DNA from: a virus
Lineage: Duplodnaviria; Caudoviricetes
Length of the DNA: 41,285 nucleotides
Strand: one strand, 5' to 3'
Virus record (IMG/VR): IMGVR_UViG_3300049171_000184
Coordinates: 1 to 41,285 of that record
This document shows positions 24,556-35,025 of this stretch, piece after piece. Numbering within the stretch: the first letter of the stretch is position 1; each line of letters opens with the position of its first letter. The translations under genes and the position numbers were made by a program. Below the pieces are notes generated by a model, which made no database searches, was not told the DNA's origin, and worked only from the letters and a program-made list of their open reading frames with translations.

Positions 24556-24992
24556 GCCTTTATGTCAGGCAGGTCGCCTGGCTGAATACCGCTCCCGAGG
24601 AGGAGCGAAAAGCCGATGCCCCCAAGCTGGAGCCGGTCACCCGGCTCCAGCAAAGGAAGGACAAGGGCGAAGCGGTGCTGCTGCCGGACAATCCGGTAGA
24701 GCACTTGTGGACCTGGTTGCTCGACATCGGCCCGACCCTTTCCACCGGGATGGGTGAGCGGCCGATCGAGTGTACCGACCTGGTCGCTTGGCAAATGCTC
24801 AGCGGCGTCGATCTGATGCCGTGGGAATCGAGCCTACTGCGGCGGGCTTCGAACGAATACCTGGCGGAGAAGTCCAGGGCTCGGAAGCCGGATTGCCCGG
24901 CACCGTACAGCGGCACCGAGAGCGATATTCAATCCAACCGTGACCGAGTCGCCGCCAGCGTGCGGGCAATCTTCGGCGGTCGCAAGAAATAG
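24525..24992 (+). CDS. Tail assembly chaperone extension (gpT-like), probably reached by a -1 frameshift
   Basis: The -1 frame is open from 24495 to 24992 and reads FYEGLGEELSLYVRQVAWL...HLWTWLLDIGP...PWE; candidate slip site GGCTTTT at 24525-24531. Confidence 0.7.
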   Translation, partial: GFYEGLGEELSLYVRQVAWLNTAPEEERKADAPKLEPVTRLQQRKDKGEAVLLPDNPVEHLWTWLLDIGPTLSTGMGERPIECTDLVAWQMLSGVDLMPWESSLLRRASNEYLAEKSRARKPDCPAPYSGTESDIQSNRDRVAASVRAIFGGRKK

Positions 24993-25031
24993 CAGCAGGC
25001 GGCTTCGTGCCGAGGCGGGGAGGCAAGCATT

Positions 25032-28000
25032 ATGGCTGGTGTCCCCGCGGCTCGCCTCTCGATCGAGATCTTCGCGGAGATTGCGCGTCTGCAGCAGGAT
25101 CTGGATTCGGCAAAGCGGCTCGTGGCCTCAGCTACGGGCGCGATGGGAGCGTCGGCAAAGGCCGCCAACGACAATCTGGCAGGGCTGGGGAAGGGCGCCG
25201 GCGCCGGCATCGCGGAGTTCTCCCGCGAGGTAGCCCGCCTGAAAGGGCAGATGGACCCGGCCTGGGCATCGCTTCAGCGGTACCGAGACCAGCTGGCCCT
25301 CCTGCGCCAAGCCCTCCGCGAGGGCGCGATCACCCACAAGCAGTTCGTATCTGAAGTGCAAGGTGCTGCCGCTGCCTACAAGAACAGTGGCCAGCAAGTA
25401 GCGACTGCCGCGGGCGCGCAGCGCGCTGGCATGCAGCAGCTGTCGATGCAGTTGAACGACGTCGCCACGCAGTTCGCGATGGGCACGCCGCCGATGCAGA
25501 TCTTCGCGCAGCAGTCTGGCCAGGTCGTCCAGGCGGTGCAGTTGATGAACGGTGGCACCAGCAAGCTGGGGGCGTTCCTTATGGGCCCCTGGGGTATGGC
25601 GGTGGTCGCCGCCACGGTCGTTCTTATTCCCTTTATCAGCAAGCTGTTCGAGACGAAGGCCGCCGCTAATTCGGCCGAAGGTGCGCTTCAGAGCTTGATC
25701 GATAAGCGCCGCCAAGAAGTCGCAGAGCGCAATCTCCTCGCGAAGTCCGAGGAAGGTCTGAACGAGCAGCTCGAGCGACAGGCGGAACTCCAGGCAATCT
25801 TAGCCTCGAGGCCCCGTGACTCGCAGGGGCGAATTACTCACTCCTACCGCGAGCAGAAAGAGTTGGCGGCCCTTGAAAAGTCGATCGCTGAGGGGCGCGC
25901 AGCGATAGCTGACGAGACAGCTCGGCGTTCCGAAAAGGATGTTCAGGGCATCCAGCAGATGATCGACGCTCGGGCCAAACTGGCCGGCGCGACCACTTCC
26001 GCCGACCGGGCGCAGGCGCAGTACACGATCCGTATTCTCGAAGCGCAGACGGCGTTCGACAAGAGCAGCAAGGGCGAGCAGGACCAGCAACGATTGCTGG
26101 CAGCGCGCACGGCCGCCGAGCGCGATCTAAACCTCGCCCAGGACGCTAACCGCGAGCGCCGCCGCCAGGGGCTCAGCGAGGAACAGAAGGCCTACAAGCA
26201 GTCCTATGAGGCCGCACAGAGCTTCATCGAGAACCTCGAGCTCGAGACCGCCAAGATCGGGCTGAACGAGAAGGCGATCCGGAGCCTTGAGCTCGCCCGC
26301 GCGAAGGATGCCGCAGCGACGGAAGGGCAAAGGCAGCGGATCGAGCAACTCGGCCGCGCGCGCGAAGATGCGCTCGCGCTCGAGAAGGGCAGCTCATTTG
26401 CGAAGGAGCTGGCGGAAGAGACCGCCGCCCTTGGCGCAAATGCGGTCGAGCTGAAGGAACGCACGGCCGTCGCCGCAGCGTCTGCTCTGGTGGATGCCGC
26501 ACTAGGGGCGTCTACCGAAGAGATGCGTGACAGGCTGCTCGAGCAGTCGAGGGCGATCTCCGACAATCTGGTAAAGTGGAAAGAGCGCCGTGCGGAGATG
26601 GCACAGCAGGACTTCGACAAGCTCATCCAGGGTCTGAAGGATGAGCGATCGCTGCGGGGCCTCGTTGGCGCGGCCCGCGCCGAGGCCGCGCTCGAACTTG
26701 AGAAAGAAGGCTTCATCGCCGACTGGACCGCGCGCGGACTCAAGAACGCTGCCGAAGCATGGGGAGAATACTACTCCGAACGTCTTCGCGACATAAGTGA
26801 AGAGTCCGCACTGGATACGGACCGCAAAAGGGCGGAGCTACTCGCCGACGAGCTCTACCGGGTTGTAGATGCCATCTCCGCTCTTGGCGGTGCTGGAAGC
26901 ACCCTTGGTGGTCTGCTTGGGTTCCTCTCCGGAGATATCGGCGGCATCCGCGGCCCGATCGGCGATCTCCTCAACACCGTCATCGGCACCCGGGACGTTA
27001 TCGATCCACAGACGGGAAAGAAGACCGGCGAGATCATTGCCGAGACGATCGGCAGCGAAATGCGGAAGGTTCTGGGCGATTTCGGCAGAGATTTCGGCGA
27101 GGTGCTCAAGGGCGCGGGCATGGGCATGCTGGCCGGGTCTGCGATCTTCGGCAAGCAGGGAGCCGTGGGCCAGCTCAGCAGCGCCGTGGGCGGGGCTCTG
27201 GGCCAGGAGGCCGGAAAGAGCTTCCTGACGTTCCTGGGCGGCGCAGCGGGGCCCATTGGATCAATCGCCGGCGGCATCATTGGCGCGGTCGCCGGGAAGC
27301 TGCTGAGCGGCGTCCTGGGCGGCCGATCGGCCGGTGCGGTGGTGACCGGCTCGGGCGTCAGCAACTTCGGCGGGTCGAAGGGCAACTACGGCGCCGCCAA
27401 TGACCTGGCTGGGTCGGTGACCGACAGCCTGGCCAAGATGGCAGACGCACTCGGAGCAACCGTGGGTGACTTCCGCGTCACCATCGGCATGTTCAAGGAC
27501 GAAATCCGCGTCAACACGTCGGGCGGGAACACGCTCAAGGGATCGGGCGTCCGCGGCTTCGGCCAGGACGCCGAGGCGGCCGTGAAGTTTGCGCTGTCGG
27601 AGATCATCCGCGCGGGCGCGCTTGAAGGCCTGCGCGCCGGCACCCAGGCGCTCCTCACGAAGGGCGGGGACGTCGAAGCCCAGCTCGAGAAGGCGCTGGC
27701 GTTCGAAGGCGTGTTCAAGGCGCTTGAGGAAAGCGCGGATCCGGCTGCTGCGGCCCTGGCCCAGCTGGAGAAAGAATTCGCGGCGCTCAAGAGCATCTTC
27801 GACGAAGCCGGGGCGAGCGCGGAGGAACGCGCCAAGCTGGAGGAGCTCTACCAGCGTCGCCGCACCGAAGTGGACCAGGGCGTCGGCGTCGACGACGGCG
27901 GCCTCCTGGAGAAGAAGCGCGCGCTCGAGATTGAGCTGATGACCGCCCAGGGCGACATCATGGGCGCACTGGCGGCCACCCGGGCGCAGGAGCTGGCGCA

Positions 28001-29523
28001 GCTGGATCCGAGCCTGCATGCGCTGCAGAACCAGGTGTGGGCCGAACAGGAGCTCGCCGCGCAGCGCGAGAAAGCGGCGCAGGAAGCCCGGAACATCGCG
28101 GCGCTGCAGATCGAGCTGCTCCAGGCGCAGGGCCGTGAAACGGAGGCGATCGCCCTGCAGCGGCGGCAGCAACTCGCCGGCATGACCGCCGCCGAGGCCG
28201 CGCTGCAGAAGCAGATCTGGACGGCACAAGAGGCGGTCGGCCGCTCAGGCCCTGGCACAGGCGCAGGCCGAGCAGGCAGCATCCGCCGAAGCGGCCGCTC
28301 AGCGGCTCCAGTCCCTCGAGATCCGCCTGATGCAGGCCGAGGGCAACGAGTCCGGGGTGCGCAATGCACAGCGCGCGGCCGAGCTGGCTGCAGCGCAGAC
28401 GGACGCCGAGAAGGCGTTGCTCAAGCAGATCTACGAAGCCGAAGATGCAGCGCGCCGAGCTGCGGAAGCGGCCAATCGCGCCAATAGCGCTAACCAGGAA
28501 ATGGATCAGGCAGCCGCCGCCGCCGCGAAGAACGCAGAGCAGCGCGAGCGCGATCGCCTCGCGGTGGAGGAAGAGCGCCAGCGCCGGGCGAAGGAGCGCA
28601 CCGACCTGGAGCTGGAGCTGCTGAGGGCGACGGCGCGTGGCGAGGAAGCGCTGCAGATCGAGCGGAGCCTCGGCCTGAAGACGCTGCCGAAGGAGCTGCA
28701 CGCCTTGCAGCGCCGGGTGTGGGCAGCGCAGGACGCGGCGAAGGCAGAAGGCGAAGCCCGCGAGGTGCTGACCGAGGCGCACAAGCGCGAAAGCGATGCG
28801 CTCAAGACGACGATCGACCGGTTCAAGGACTTCGCCGAGAGCCTCAGCGAGTTTCGGCGTGAGCTGATCCAGGGCGAGACCGATACGGGCAACGCCTACC
28901 GGGCGGCTCAGGAGCGGTTCCGCAAGATCAACGCGCTTGCGGCGATCGGCGACGAAGAGGCGCTGGGACAGCTCAAGGGCGCCGGCAGCGCGTTCCTGGA
29001 AGCTTCGCGCGCGAACGCCGGCTCGGCTCAGCAGTATCAGCGCGACCTGGCGACCGTCCTGCAGGGGATCGACACCGCCCTGGGCGCCACGGACGATGCG
29101 ATCGATTATGCAGAGCTGCAGCTTACCGCCCTCGACAAGTCGGTCGCCGGCCTGATCGAGATCAACGAGTCAGTGGTGAGCGTGGAGGAAGCCATCGCGC
29201 GGCTGCATGCCGCCGGCGGCGGTTCGGTGCCCCAGGTACCGCAGGTGCCCGAGGTTCCGAACGGGTCCACGACGACTCCCGCACAGCAGGCAGCCCACCA
29301 GCAGCAGGCGGAAGCCAATGAGGCGCTGCAGACTGAAGTCGAAAGCCTCCGCGAGGAGATGCACGCGTCGCTGGTGGCGATCGCCACCCACACCAGCAAG
29401 ATGGCCAAGGCACTGGGCGATGCGAGCGCCGGCGACACGCTGCGGGTCAGCGGCGTGAAGGACAGCCCCGTCTACAACGCGCCGGTCGAGAAAGTCCGGG
29501 GCAAGTGGGAGATCGTCGAATGA
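25032..29523 (+). pseudogene. Tail tape-measure protein interrupted by a +1 frameshift at ~28236 (about 1496 aa if repaired)
   Basis: QLSMQLNDVATQFAMGTPPMQIFAQQSGQ tape-measure motif; the LE(I/L)ELL.A.G...LQ.Q(I/V)W.A(Q/E) repeat continues in the +1 frame after GAG GCG g TCG. Confidence 0.85.
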
Positions 29524-30401
29524 AGATGATCCGCCCGATCGTCATCGATGAGACGAACCTGACATCCACCAATGTCCCGGAGACGATCGCGCTCTACAAT
29601 CCGGCCACGACATATGCCCTGGGCGCTCTGGTGCGCTCCACCGATCACCGGATCTACGAGAGCATGGCGGCGGGCAACGTCGGCAAGGCTCTGAGCGATC
29701 TGGAGTGGTGGCTGGATATCCGCCCGTCGAACCGGTGGGCGATGTTCGACGCAGTCAACAGCACCAAGACCGAAGCACTGCACGAGATCGAGGTGACGAT
29801 CACGCCGAACGACGTGATCAACTCCGTCGCCCTTATGAACCTCGAGGCGGAGTCGGTGACCATCACCGCGGTCGATGTAAACGACGGGGTGGTCTATGAT
29901 CGGACCTTCGAGCTCGTCACGCTGAGCGGGATCACCGATTTCTACGAGTGGTTCTTCGAGCCGACCGTGCGGAAGACCGGCCTGGTCGTTACCGACATCC
30001 CGCCCTACTTCGGGCTGGCGCTGACCGTCACGATCAACGGCACGTCCAACGTGTCGGTCGGCACGCTGGTGACCGGCATGTGGCGCCAGATCGGCGAGAC
30101 CACCCATGGCGCGTCGATCGGCATCACCGACTTCAGTCGCAAGGAAACCGACGGCTTCGGCAACTTCATCCTGGTGGAGCGCGCGTACTCGAGGCGCGGC
30201 AGTTTCACGATCTACATCCCGCGCGACAGCGTCGACGGGGTGGCCGATCTCTTGGCCGAATACCGGGCCGTCCCGCTCGTGTGGATGGCGGATGAAGCGT
30301 ACCAATCCACCGTGATTTTCGGGCCTTACAAGGACTGGACCATCGCGATCGACTTCCCGACCTACTCGGTCGCTTCCCTCGAAATCATGGGGCTCACCTG
30401 A
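29520..30401 (+). CDS. Tail-tip structural protein with an N-terminal CBM5/12-like module
   Basis: ATGA overlap with the tape-measure stop; YNPATTYALGALV...IYES; WWLDIRPSNRWAMFD; ITDFSRKETDGFG. Confidence 0.75.
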   Translation: MKMIRPIVIDETNLTSTNVPETIALYNPATTYALGALVRSTDHRIYESMAAGNVGKALSDLEWWLDIRPSNRWAMFDAVNSTKTEALHEIEVTITPNDVINSVALMNLEAESVTITAVDVNDGVVYDRTFELVTLSGITDFYEWFFEPTVRKTGLVVTDIPPYFGLALTVTINGTSNVSVGTLVTGMWRQIGETTHGASIGITDFSRKETDGFGNFILVERAYSRRGSFTIYIPRDSVDGVADLLAEYRAVPLVWMADEAYQSTVIFGPYKDWTIAIDFPTYSVASLEIMGLT

Positions 30402-31339
30402 TGCCGTTGCCTGTTCTTCCGGCCGCGCCGACCGTACCGGCGCGGTCGCAGCCGCCTGCCGATTTCAATTCGAACGTGGCGGCGTTCCTGGCGTGGATGG
30501 GGGAATTCTCCGGTGATCTGCCAGCATGGGCGGCAGCACTGATCCAGGCTGCGGCCGACGCGAACTACAACACCGTAAGCGGCACCAGCCTGGAGATCGG
30601 CACCGGCGCCAAAGTCTTCGTGATCGAGCCGAACATGCTGTTCCGCGTGGGCCAGTTCGTGATCGCCGCGAGCGCGGCCGATCCGACAAGGTGGATGTTC
30701 GGGCAGGTGACCGCGCACAACCCGGGCACCGGTTCGCTGTCGGTCAATGTGACCCGCACGGGCGGCTCGGGCACCCGGGCGGATTGGGTGGTGGCGCTGA
30801 GCGGCGTGCCAGCGATCGACGGCGTGAGCCCGACGCTCCCCTACGCCTCCCAGGCTGAGGCTGAGGGGGGCGGCGCCAACAACCGGATCATGACGCCTGA
30901 GCGGACCCTGCAGGCCATGCAGGCGCTGGGGGGATGGACCGATGCCACGTTCAGCATCACGGCCAGCAATCCTGCTGCCATCTTCTTCTCCATGGGCGGG
31001 CATTATCGCGAGGCTGTGATCAGAGGCGATAATGTCGGCCACAACAATGGAAGCAACGCCGCGATCCAGGTCCAGGCTGGGGTCGGCGGGACTTACACGA
31101 CCATTCTGACAACCGCTTCGATCGCTCCATCCGCGGGGCGCCGGTTCGCGGTGCATGTCATCGAGATCGAGGATGGCGGGCTGGTTGTCCGCGGGTTCGA
31201 TGATGATGGCACGGCGCCGGGGACACCCATCCTGACGCACTCGCTAGTCAATGTCGGCGGGAAGCTGGCGAACTTCCGCATCCAGGCAACCGCCGGCAAC
31301 CTCGACCAGGGCACGGTCTACAACATCAAGAGGTGGTGA
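30401..31339 (+). CDS. Tail fibre / tail-tip protein
   Basis: PTVPARSQPPADF, SLEIGTGAKVF, WMFGQVTAHNPGTGSLSV, ASQAEAEGG..NRIMTP fibre motifs. Confidence 0.75.
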   Translation: MPLPVLPAAPTVPARSQPPADFNSNVAAFLAWMGEFSGDLPAWAAALIQAAADANYNTVSGTSLEIGTGAKVFVIEPNMLFRVGQFVIAASAADPTRWMFGQVTAHNPGTGSLSVNVTRTGGSGTRADWVVALSGVPAIDGVSPTLPYASQAEAEGGGANNRIMTPERTLQAMQALGGWTDATFSITASNPAAIFFSMGGHYREAVIRGDNVGHNNGSNAAIQVQAGVGGTYTTILTTASIAPSAGRRFAVHVIEIEDGGLVVRGFDDDGTAPGTPILTHSLVNVGGKLANFRIQATAGNLDQGTVYNIKRW

Positions 31340-31340
31340 C

Positions 31341-31775
31341 ATGCCGATGATCAAGATTGTGGACGGCGAGCCCGTCGAAATGACCCCGGAAGAAGAGGCC
31401 GAGTTTCTGGCCCGGCAGCCGCCGCCGCCCACGGCCGAGGGCGTACGGACGGAATGCGATCGTCGCCTGGCCGCGGGTTTCGACTATGACTTCGGCGACG
31501 CCCGCGGCGTCCACCGGATCGCCACCACCGAACGCGATATGAAGGGGTGGGACGAGGTGACCAAGGTTGCCGGCGCCGCGGTTGCGCTCGGCCAGGAAGC
31601 CAAGCAGGTCGGCATCAACACGGAGACGGGGCCGGTCAGCGTCACCGCGCTTGAATGGCAGCAGCTGCTGCTCGCCGCCTACGACTTCCGCAATCCCATT
31701 TGGCAGGCCAGCTTCGCGCTGCAGGCGATGGACCCAATCCCGGCCGACTTTGCGGCCGACACGTACTGGCCCTGA
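31341..31775 (+). CDS. Tail fibre-associated protein (DUF4376-like)
   Basis: VEMTPEEEAEF; ECDRRLAAGF; PIPADFAADTYWP. Confidence 0.7.
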   Translation: MPMIKIVDGEPVEMTPEEEAEFLARQPPPPTAEGVRTECDRRLAAGFDYDFGDARGVHRIATTERDMKGWDEVTKVAGAAVALGQEAKQVGINTETGPVSVTALEWQQLLLAAYDFRNPIWQASFALQAMDPIPADFAADTYWP

Positions 31776-31808
31776 TCCCGGGGCCCAGCGGCCCAACCAG
31801 GAGTGACC

Positions 31809-32135
31809 ATGAGCAGCAGCGTCCGCCTCGCGCCGATCCGGCGCGGGTACCCTTATGGCGTCCGGGTCAATTTCCCGCCAGACAGCCTCGCGGAAGGCGA
31901 GACGCTGCGCGCTCAGCTGCGGCGCCGACCATCGGGCCCGCTGGTCGCGACTTTCGCTGTCGAGCGCGATGGCGACTCTGTTGAGCTGACGCTGACTGAG
32001 AGCCAGACCGAGAGCCTGGGGCGGGTGCTGCACGTGACCGCCTTCACACTGGTGCTCGATGGCGGGGCCGAGACCCCCCTCAAGCGCCGCTACCACATCC
32101 TTGTCGAAGACCACCCCACGAGGCCCCTCCCATGA
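31809..32135 (+). CDS. Small beta-rich tail protein (possible baseplate/spike adaptor)
   Basis: IRRGYPY...LRAQLRR...VELTLTESQT; AGGAG RBS; ATGA-coupled to the spike gene. Confidence 0.65.
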   Translation: MSSSVRLAPIRRGYPYGVRVNFPPDSLAEGETLRAQLRRRPSGPLVATFAVERDGDSVELTLTESQTESLGRVLHVTAFTLVLDGGAETPLKRRYHILVEDHPTRPLP

Positions 32136-34693
32136 GCGACGTTATCGTTGAAGTCACCGAGCTCGCGCGCGGGCCGCGGGGCTTCTCAACCTACGAACAG
32201 GCCGTGGCAGCAGGCTTCGAGGGCTCTGAGGCTGAGTACGTTCAGCAGCTTGCGTTGGCAGCGGTAAGCGGCGCCACGGTTCCCCCGCTGGCTCAGCAGG
32301 TTGCGGACGATCGAACTGCAGTGGCTGGCCATCGGGTGGCCGTCGAGGGAGTGGCGGAGCAGGTTGCCGAAGATCGGACTGCAGTGGTCGGGCATCGCGT
32401 GGCCGTCGAGGAGGCCGCTGAGCAGGCGGCCGAGGATCGGCTGCAAACGGGCCTGGACCGAACGGCAACCGGCAGCGATCGAGTCGCCACCGGGCAGGAT
32501 AAGAATGCCACCGCCGCCGATCGGCTAGCTACAGGGCAGGATCGCGCCGCTACCGCCGCCTCGGTCGCAGGCGTGTCGGCCGCGATGGCTGCCGAAGAGA
32601 TCGCCAGCGGCCCTGCGAGCTATCTCAAGACGCTCAACCCGGCGACGCACCCGACAGTCTATCGCAGCGACGTCGGTAGGGAGGGTTGGTATACCTGGGA
32701 TCCCAACTACAGCTGGCAGCGCATCCATGCCGACCCGGAGGGGGACCGCGCGTTCACCAACCTCCCGCAGCCGAACAACGGCGCCTGGGTCCGATCGGCT
32801 CTCAGCCCGAAAGAGCGGGACGCGATTAATGCGGCGTATCGCCGCGTTTGGGAGCAGTGGCCTACGGACCCTGCCGACACTCCCTTCGACCGAGCGCCGA
32901 TCCTCGGCCGGCAGATCAACTTCAACAGCAGCAGCGAAAACCTTGCCGACCCTCACTATGCCAAGGACGTCACGCTTCAGCCCGAGACGACTACCCATCG
33001 GGGAATCAAGCTCCAGCGTGTGACCGGGGTCGGCTTCTCCAATGGCCTTCGCGACTTGCGGAACGCAGATTATCCTCTCGAAGCGGGCAAGCTTTACGTT
33101 GCCTCTGCTTACGTTGCGGCACCGCGCCCAGTTCTCGATCAGAACGGGCTCGCGGAGCCCAACACGTTCATGTGGATGCAGCCTGTCGCAAACAGCTCGT
33201 CATTCGGGCACGGCGCGAAGCTGCTGCTCCCGACGCCTCGCCGGGTCTGGACTGTCGTCAAGGCGGGTGACGCTCCCAACACGACGAGAGCCGTCATGGA
33301 CCCTCGGCTGCCTTGGTCTGGACAAGCTGAGAGCGCCCAGCAGCTCCGCTGGCTGTTCGGCGGCTTCGGCCACGGTGGTGCCGTGGGTGTGCCGGAACTG
33401 TGGATTGGCGGGATGCAACTCGAGCTGGCACCTGACCAGAACGAGAAGGTTGGTATCGTCACCCTCGGGACGTCGATCGACACCTCCGGCGCCGGCAGTG
33501 GCGACGGCACCGGGCACTGGACGCAAGGGCGCGGTTGGTCGCGTTGGCTGGAGGGGCTGTTGTGCGCGCCGATATTCCCGGCAAGCATCGGAGGCACGAC
33601 AACTACGCAGATTGACGCCCGGTTCGATACCGACGTGGCGCCGCTGCGCGAGCATGCGAAGTATCTCGTCATCTGCGCGCCCGTGAACGACTTCTTCAGT
33701 TCGTTCGTCTCGGCCACCTACCGGGCAAACCTTGCCAGCATCTATGCCAAGGCATTGGCGGCAGGTTGGAGTGCCGATGAGATCATCTGGATGACAATCC
33801 AGCCTCGATCCGCTTACGACTACAGCGGCGGTATTGGCGCTTGGGAGGCCGAGAACGCCTACATCAAAGCGACCTATCGAAATGTCATCGATCGGGGCGA
33901 GGCGATGCGAGACGCGATCGATCAGGGCCTGTTGCCAATCGATTTCGAGACGGACGGTATCCACCAGCGAGGGCCAGCTCAGCGCGCCTTGGCGTTCATG
34001 ATCTACAACAAGTACCGCCACTTCTTCCGCTTCCAGAATGTGCCGGGCCGCTATCAGCGCACGGTCAATTCAGATGCAAAGGCGCAGTCCTTTGGCGAGC
34101 CCCTGTATGACACGCTTAAGGGGGCTTTCCGGATCAATGCCGGAGGGTCGAACCTCTCGCTCTATCGCGATAACGATTATGCCTCGGCCCCGATTGTGAT
34201 TTTCGAGGGCGCCGCTGGCTCGGACAATCGGGCGTGGCAGTTCCCTGGGCCGAAATACCAGCGCCCGCTCGAGCGCGTGAACACAGAGATCCTTCGCCAG
34301 ACGTTTGTTAATCTGACTTCCGATAATCGGCCGCTGAACGTCGTGTACTACCAGCGGAACGAAGCGGACGCCTTGTCGGTGTTGGGCTCCGGATTTGTGA
34401 TCCCTCCGGGGACAGCTAGAACCCTCTGCAGTGACGGAACGACGGTCTGGACCGAGCAGCCGGCGTTAGGCGCGTCTGCAGGTTGGTTCGCCGACACTGG
34501 CACCGCGCGCAAGGCGGCGAATTCCACCTATACCGCCGGGGCCCAACTAACCTTCAGCCCGACTTACGTGCAGGCGGAAATGACCGCGATGGCGGCCCGA
34601 TTGGCTGCTGCTGAAACAGCACTCCAAAATGCCTCGCAGACCATCAAGGCACTCAAGGATGCCGGGCTTGCGGGCAAGAACCTAACCGCCTGA
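32132..34693 (+). CDS. Tail spike / receptor-binding protein with an SGNH/GDSL esterase domain
   Basis: N-terminal heptad repeats; SGNH blocks VTLGTSI, SIGGTTT, APVND, DGIH; coiled-coil C-terminus. Confidence 0.8.
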   Translation: MSDVIVEVTELARGPRGFSTYEQAVAAGFEGSEAEYVQQLALAAVSGATVPPLAQQVADDRTAVAGHRVAVEGVAEQVAEDRTAVVGHRVAVEEAAEQAAEDRLQTGLDRTATGSDRVATGQDKNATAADRLATGQDRAATAASVAGVSAAMAAEEIASGPASYLKTLNPATHPTVYRSDVGREGWYTWDPNYSWQRIHADPEGDRAFTNLPQPNNGAWVRSALSPKERDAINAAYRRVWEQWPTDPADTPFDRAPILGRQINFNSSSENLADPHYAKDVTLQPETTTHRGIKLQRVTGVGFSNGLRDLRNADYPLEAGKLYVASAYVAAPRPVLDQNGLAEPNTFMWMQPVANSSSFGHGAKLLLPTPRRVWTVVKAGDAPNTTRAVMDPRLPWSGQAESAQQLRWLFGGFGHGGAVGVPELWIGGMQLELAPDQNEKVGIVTLGTSIDTSGAGSGDGTGHWTQGRGWSRWLEGLLCAPIFPASIGGTTTTQIDARFDTDVAPLREHAKYLVICAPVNDFFSSFVSATYRANLASIYAKALAAGWSADEIIWMTIQPRSAYDYSGGIGAWEAENAYIKATYRNVIDRGEAMRDAIDQGLLPIDFETDGIHQRGPAQRALAFMIYNKYRHFFRFQNVPGRYQRTVNSDAKAQSFGEPLYDTLKGAFRINAGGSNLSLYRDNDYASAPIVIFEGAAGSDNRAWQFPGPKYQRPLERVNTEILRQTFVNLTSDNRPLNVVYYQRNEADALSVLGSGFVIPPGTARTLCSDGTTVWTEQPALGASAGWFADTGTARKAANSTYTAGAQLTFSPTYVQAEMTAMAARLAAAETALQNASQTIKALKDAGLAGKNLTA
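32295..32550 (+). repeat. 63-bp tandem repeats (21 aa) followed by 21-bp (7 aa) DR.ATG repeats in the spike stalk
   Basis: AGCAGG units start at 32295, 32358 and 32421; protein QVA(D/E)DRTAV.GHRVAVE twice, then DRTATGS/DRVATGQ/DKNATAA/DRLATGQ. Confidence 0.85.
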
Positions 34694-34803
34694 ACCCTGC
34701 CAGCTGCCAGGTACGTCGGCGCCAGCAGCCACCTCCACCTTAACCCACCTGCGAAATGCACCCCGTCCGACGGAACACGTCCGGGCGATCGAGGAGACTT
34801 GTC

Positions 34804-35025
34804 ATGTTCACAAACCCCCGCGCCGTCGAGCATCTGGGGGGCGAGGCCCTCGGTGCTGCCGGCAAAGTCAGTCCCGGAGTCGCTTACGTCGCTGGATCCG
34901 CTGCCGGCCTCACCCTGGACCAGTGGGTCGCCATCGCGACCCTCGTCTACCTCGCGCTGCAGACCGCGCTCTTGGTGTGGAAGTTCTTCCGAGATCGCCG
35001 CGGCCAGGTGAAGTCCGATGGGTAA
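34804..35025 (+). CDS. Holin
   Basis: GLTLDQWVAIATLVYLALQTALLVWK plus a basic tail; directly before the endolysin; GAGGAG RBS. Confidence 0.82.
   Translation: MFTNPRAVEHLGGEALGAAGKVSPGVAYVAGSAAGLTLDQWVAIATLVYLALQTALLVWKFFRDRRGQVKSDG

Noticed and set aside
28236-28487. C-terminal ~83 aa of the 1151-aa ORF as real protein, or a programmed frameshift in the tape measure
   Set aside because: Composition switches abruptly to Arg/Gly/Ser-rich nonsense while the repeat continues in the +1 frame; no slippery run at the break
32295-32550. Tandem repeats as a CRISPR array or DGR template/variable repeat
   Set aside because: They are in-frame coding repeats without spacers; no cas or reverse transcriptase gene is present
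30401-34693. Tail-fibre shufflon driven by integrase A
   Set aside because: No inverted partial fibre cassettes or flanking inverted crossover repeats were seen, and the enzyme has a P4-type arm-binding domain rather than invertase features
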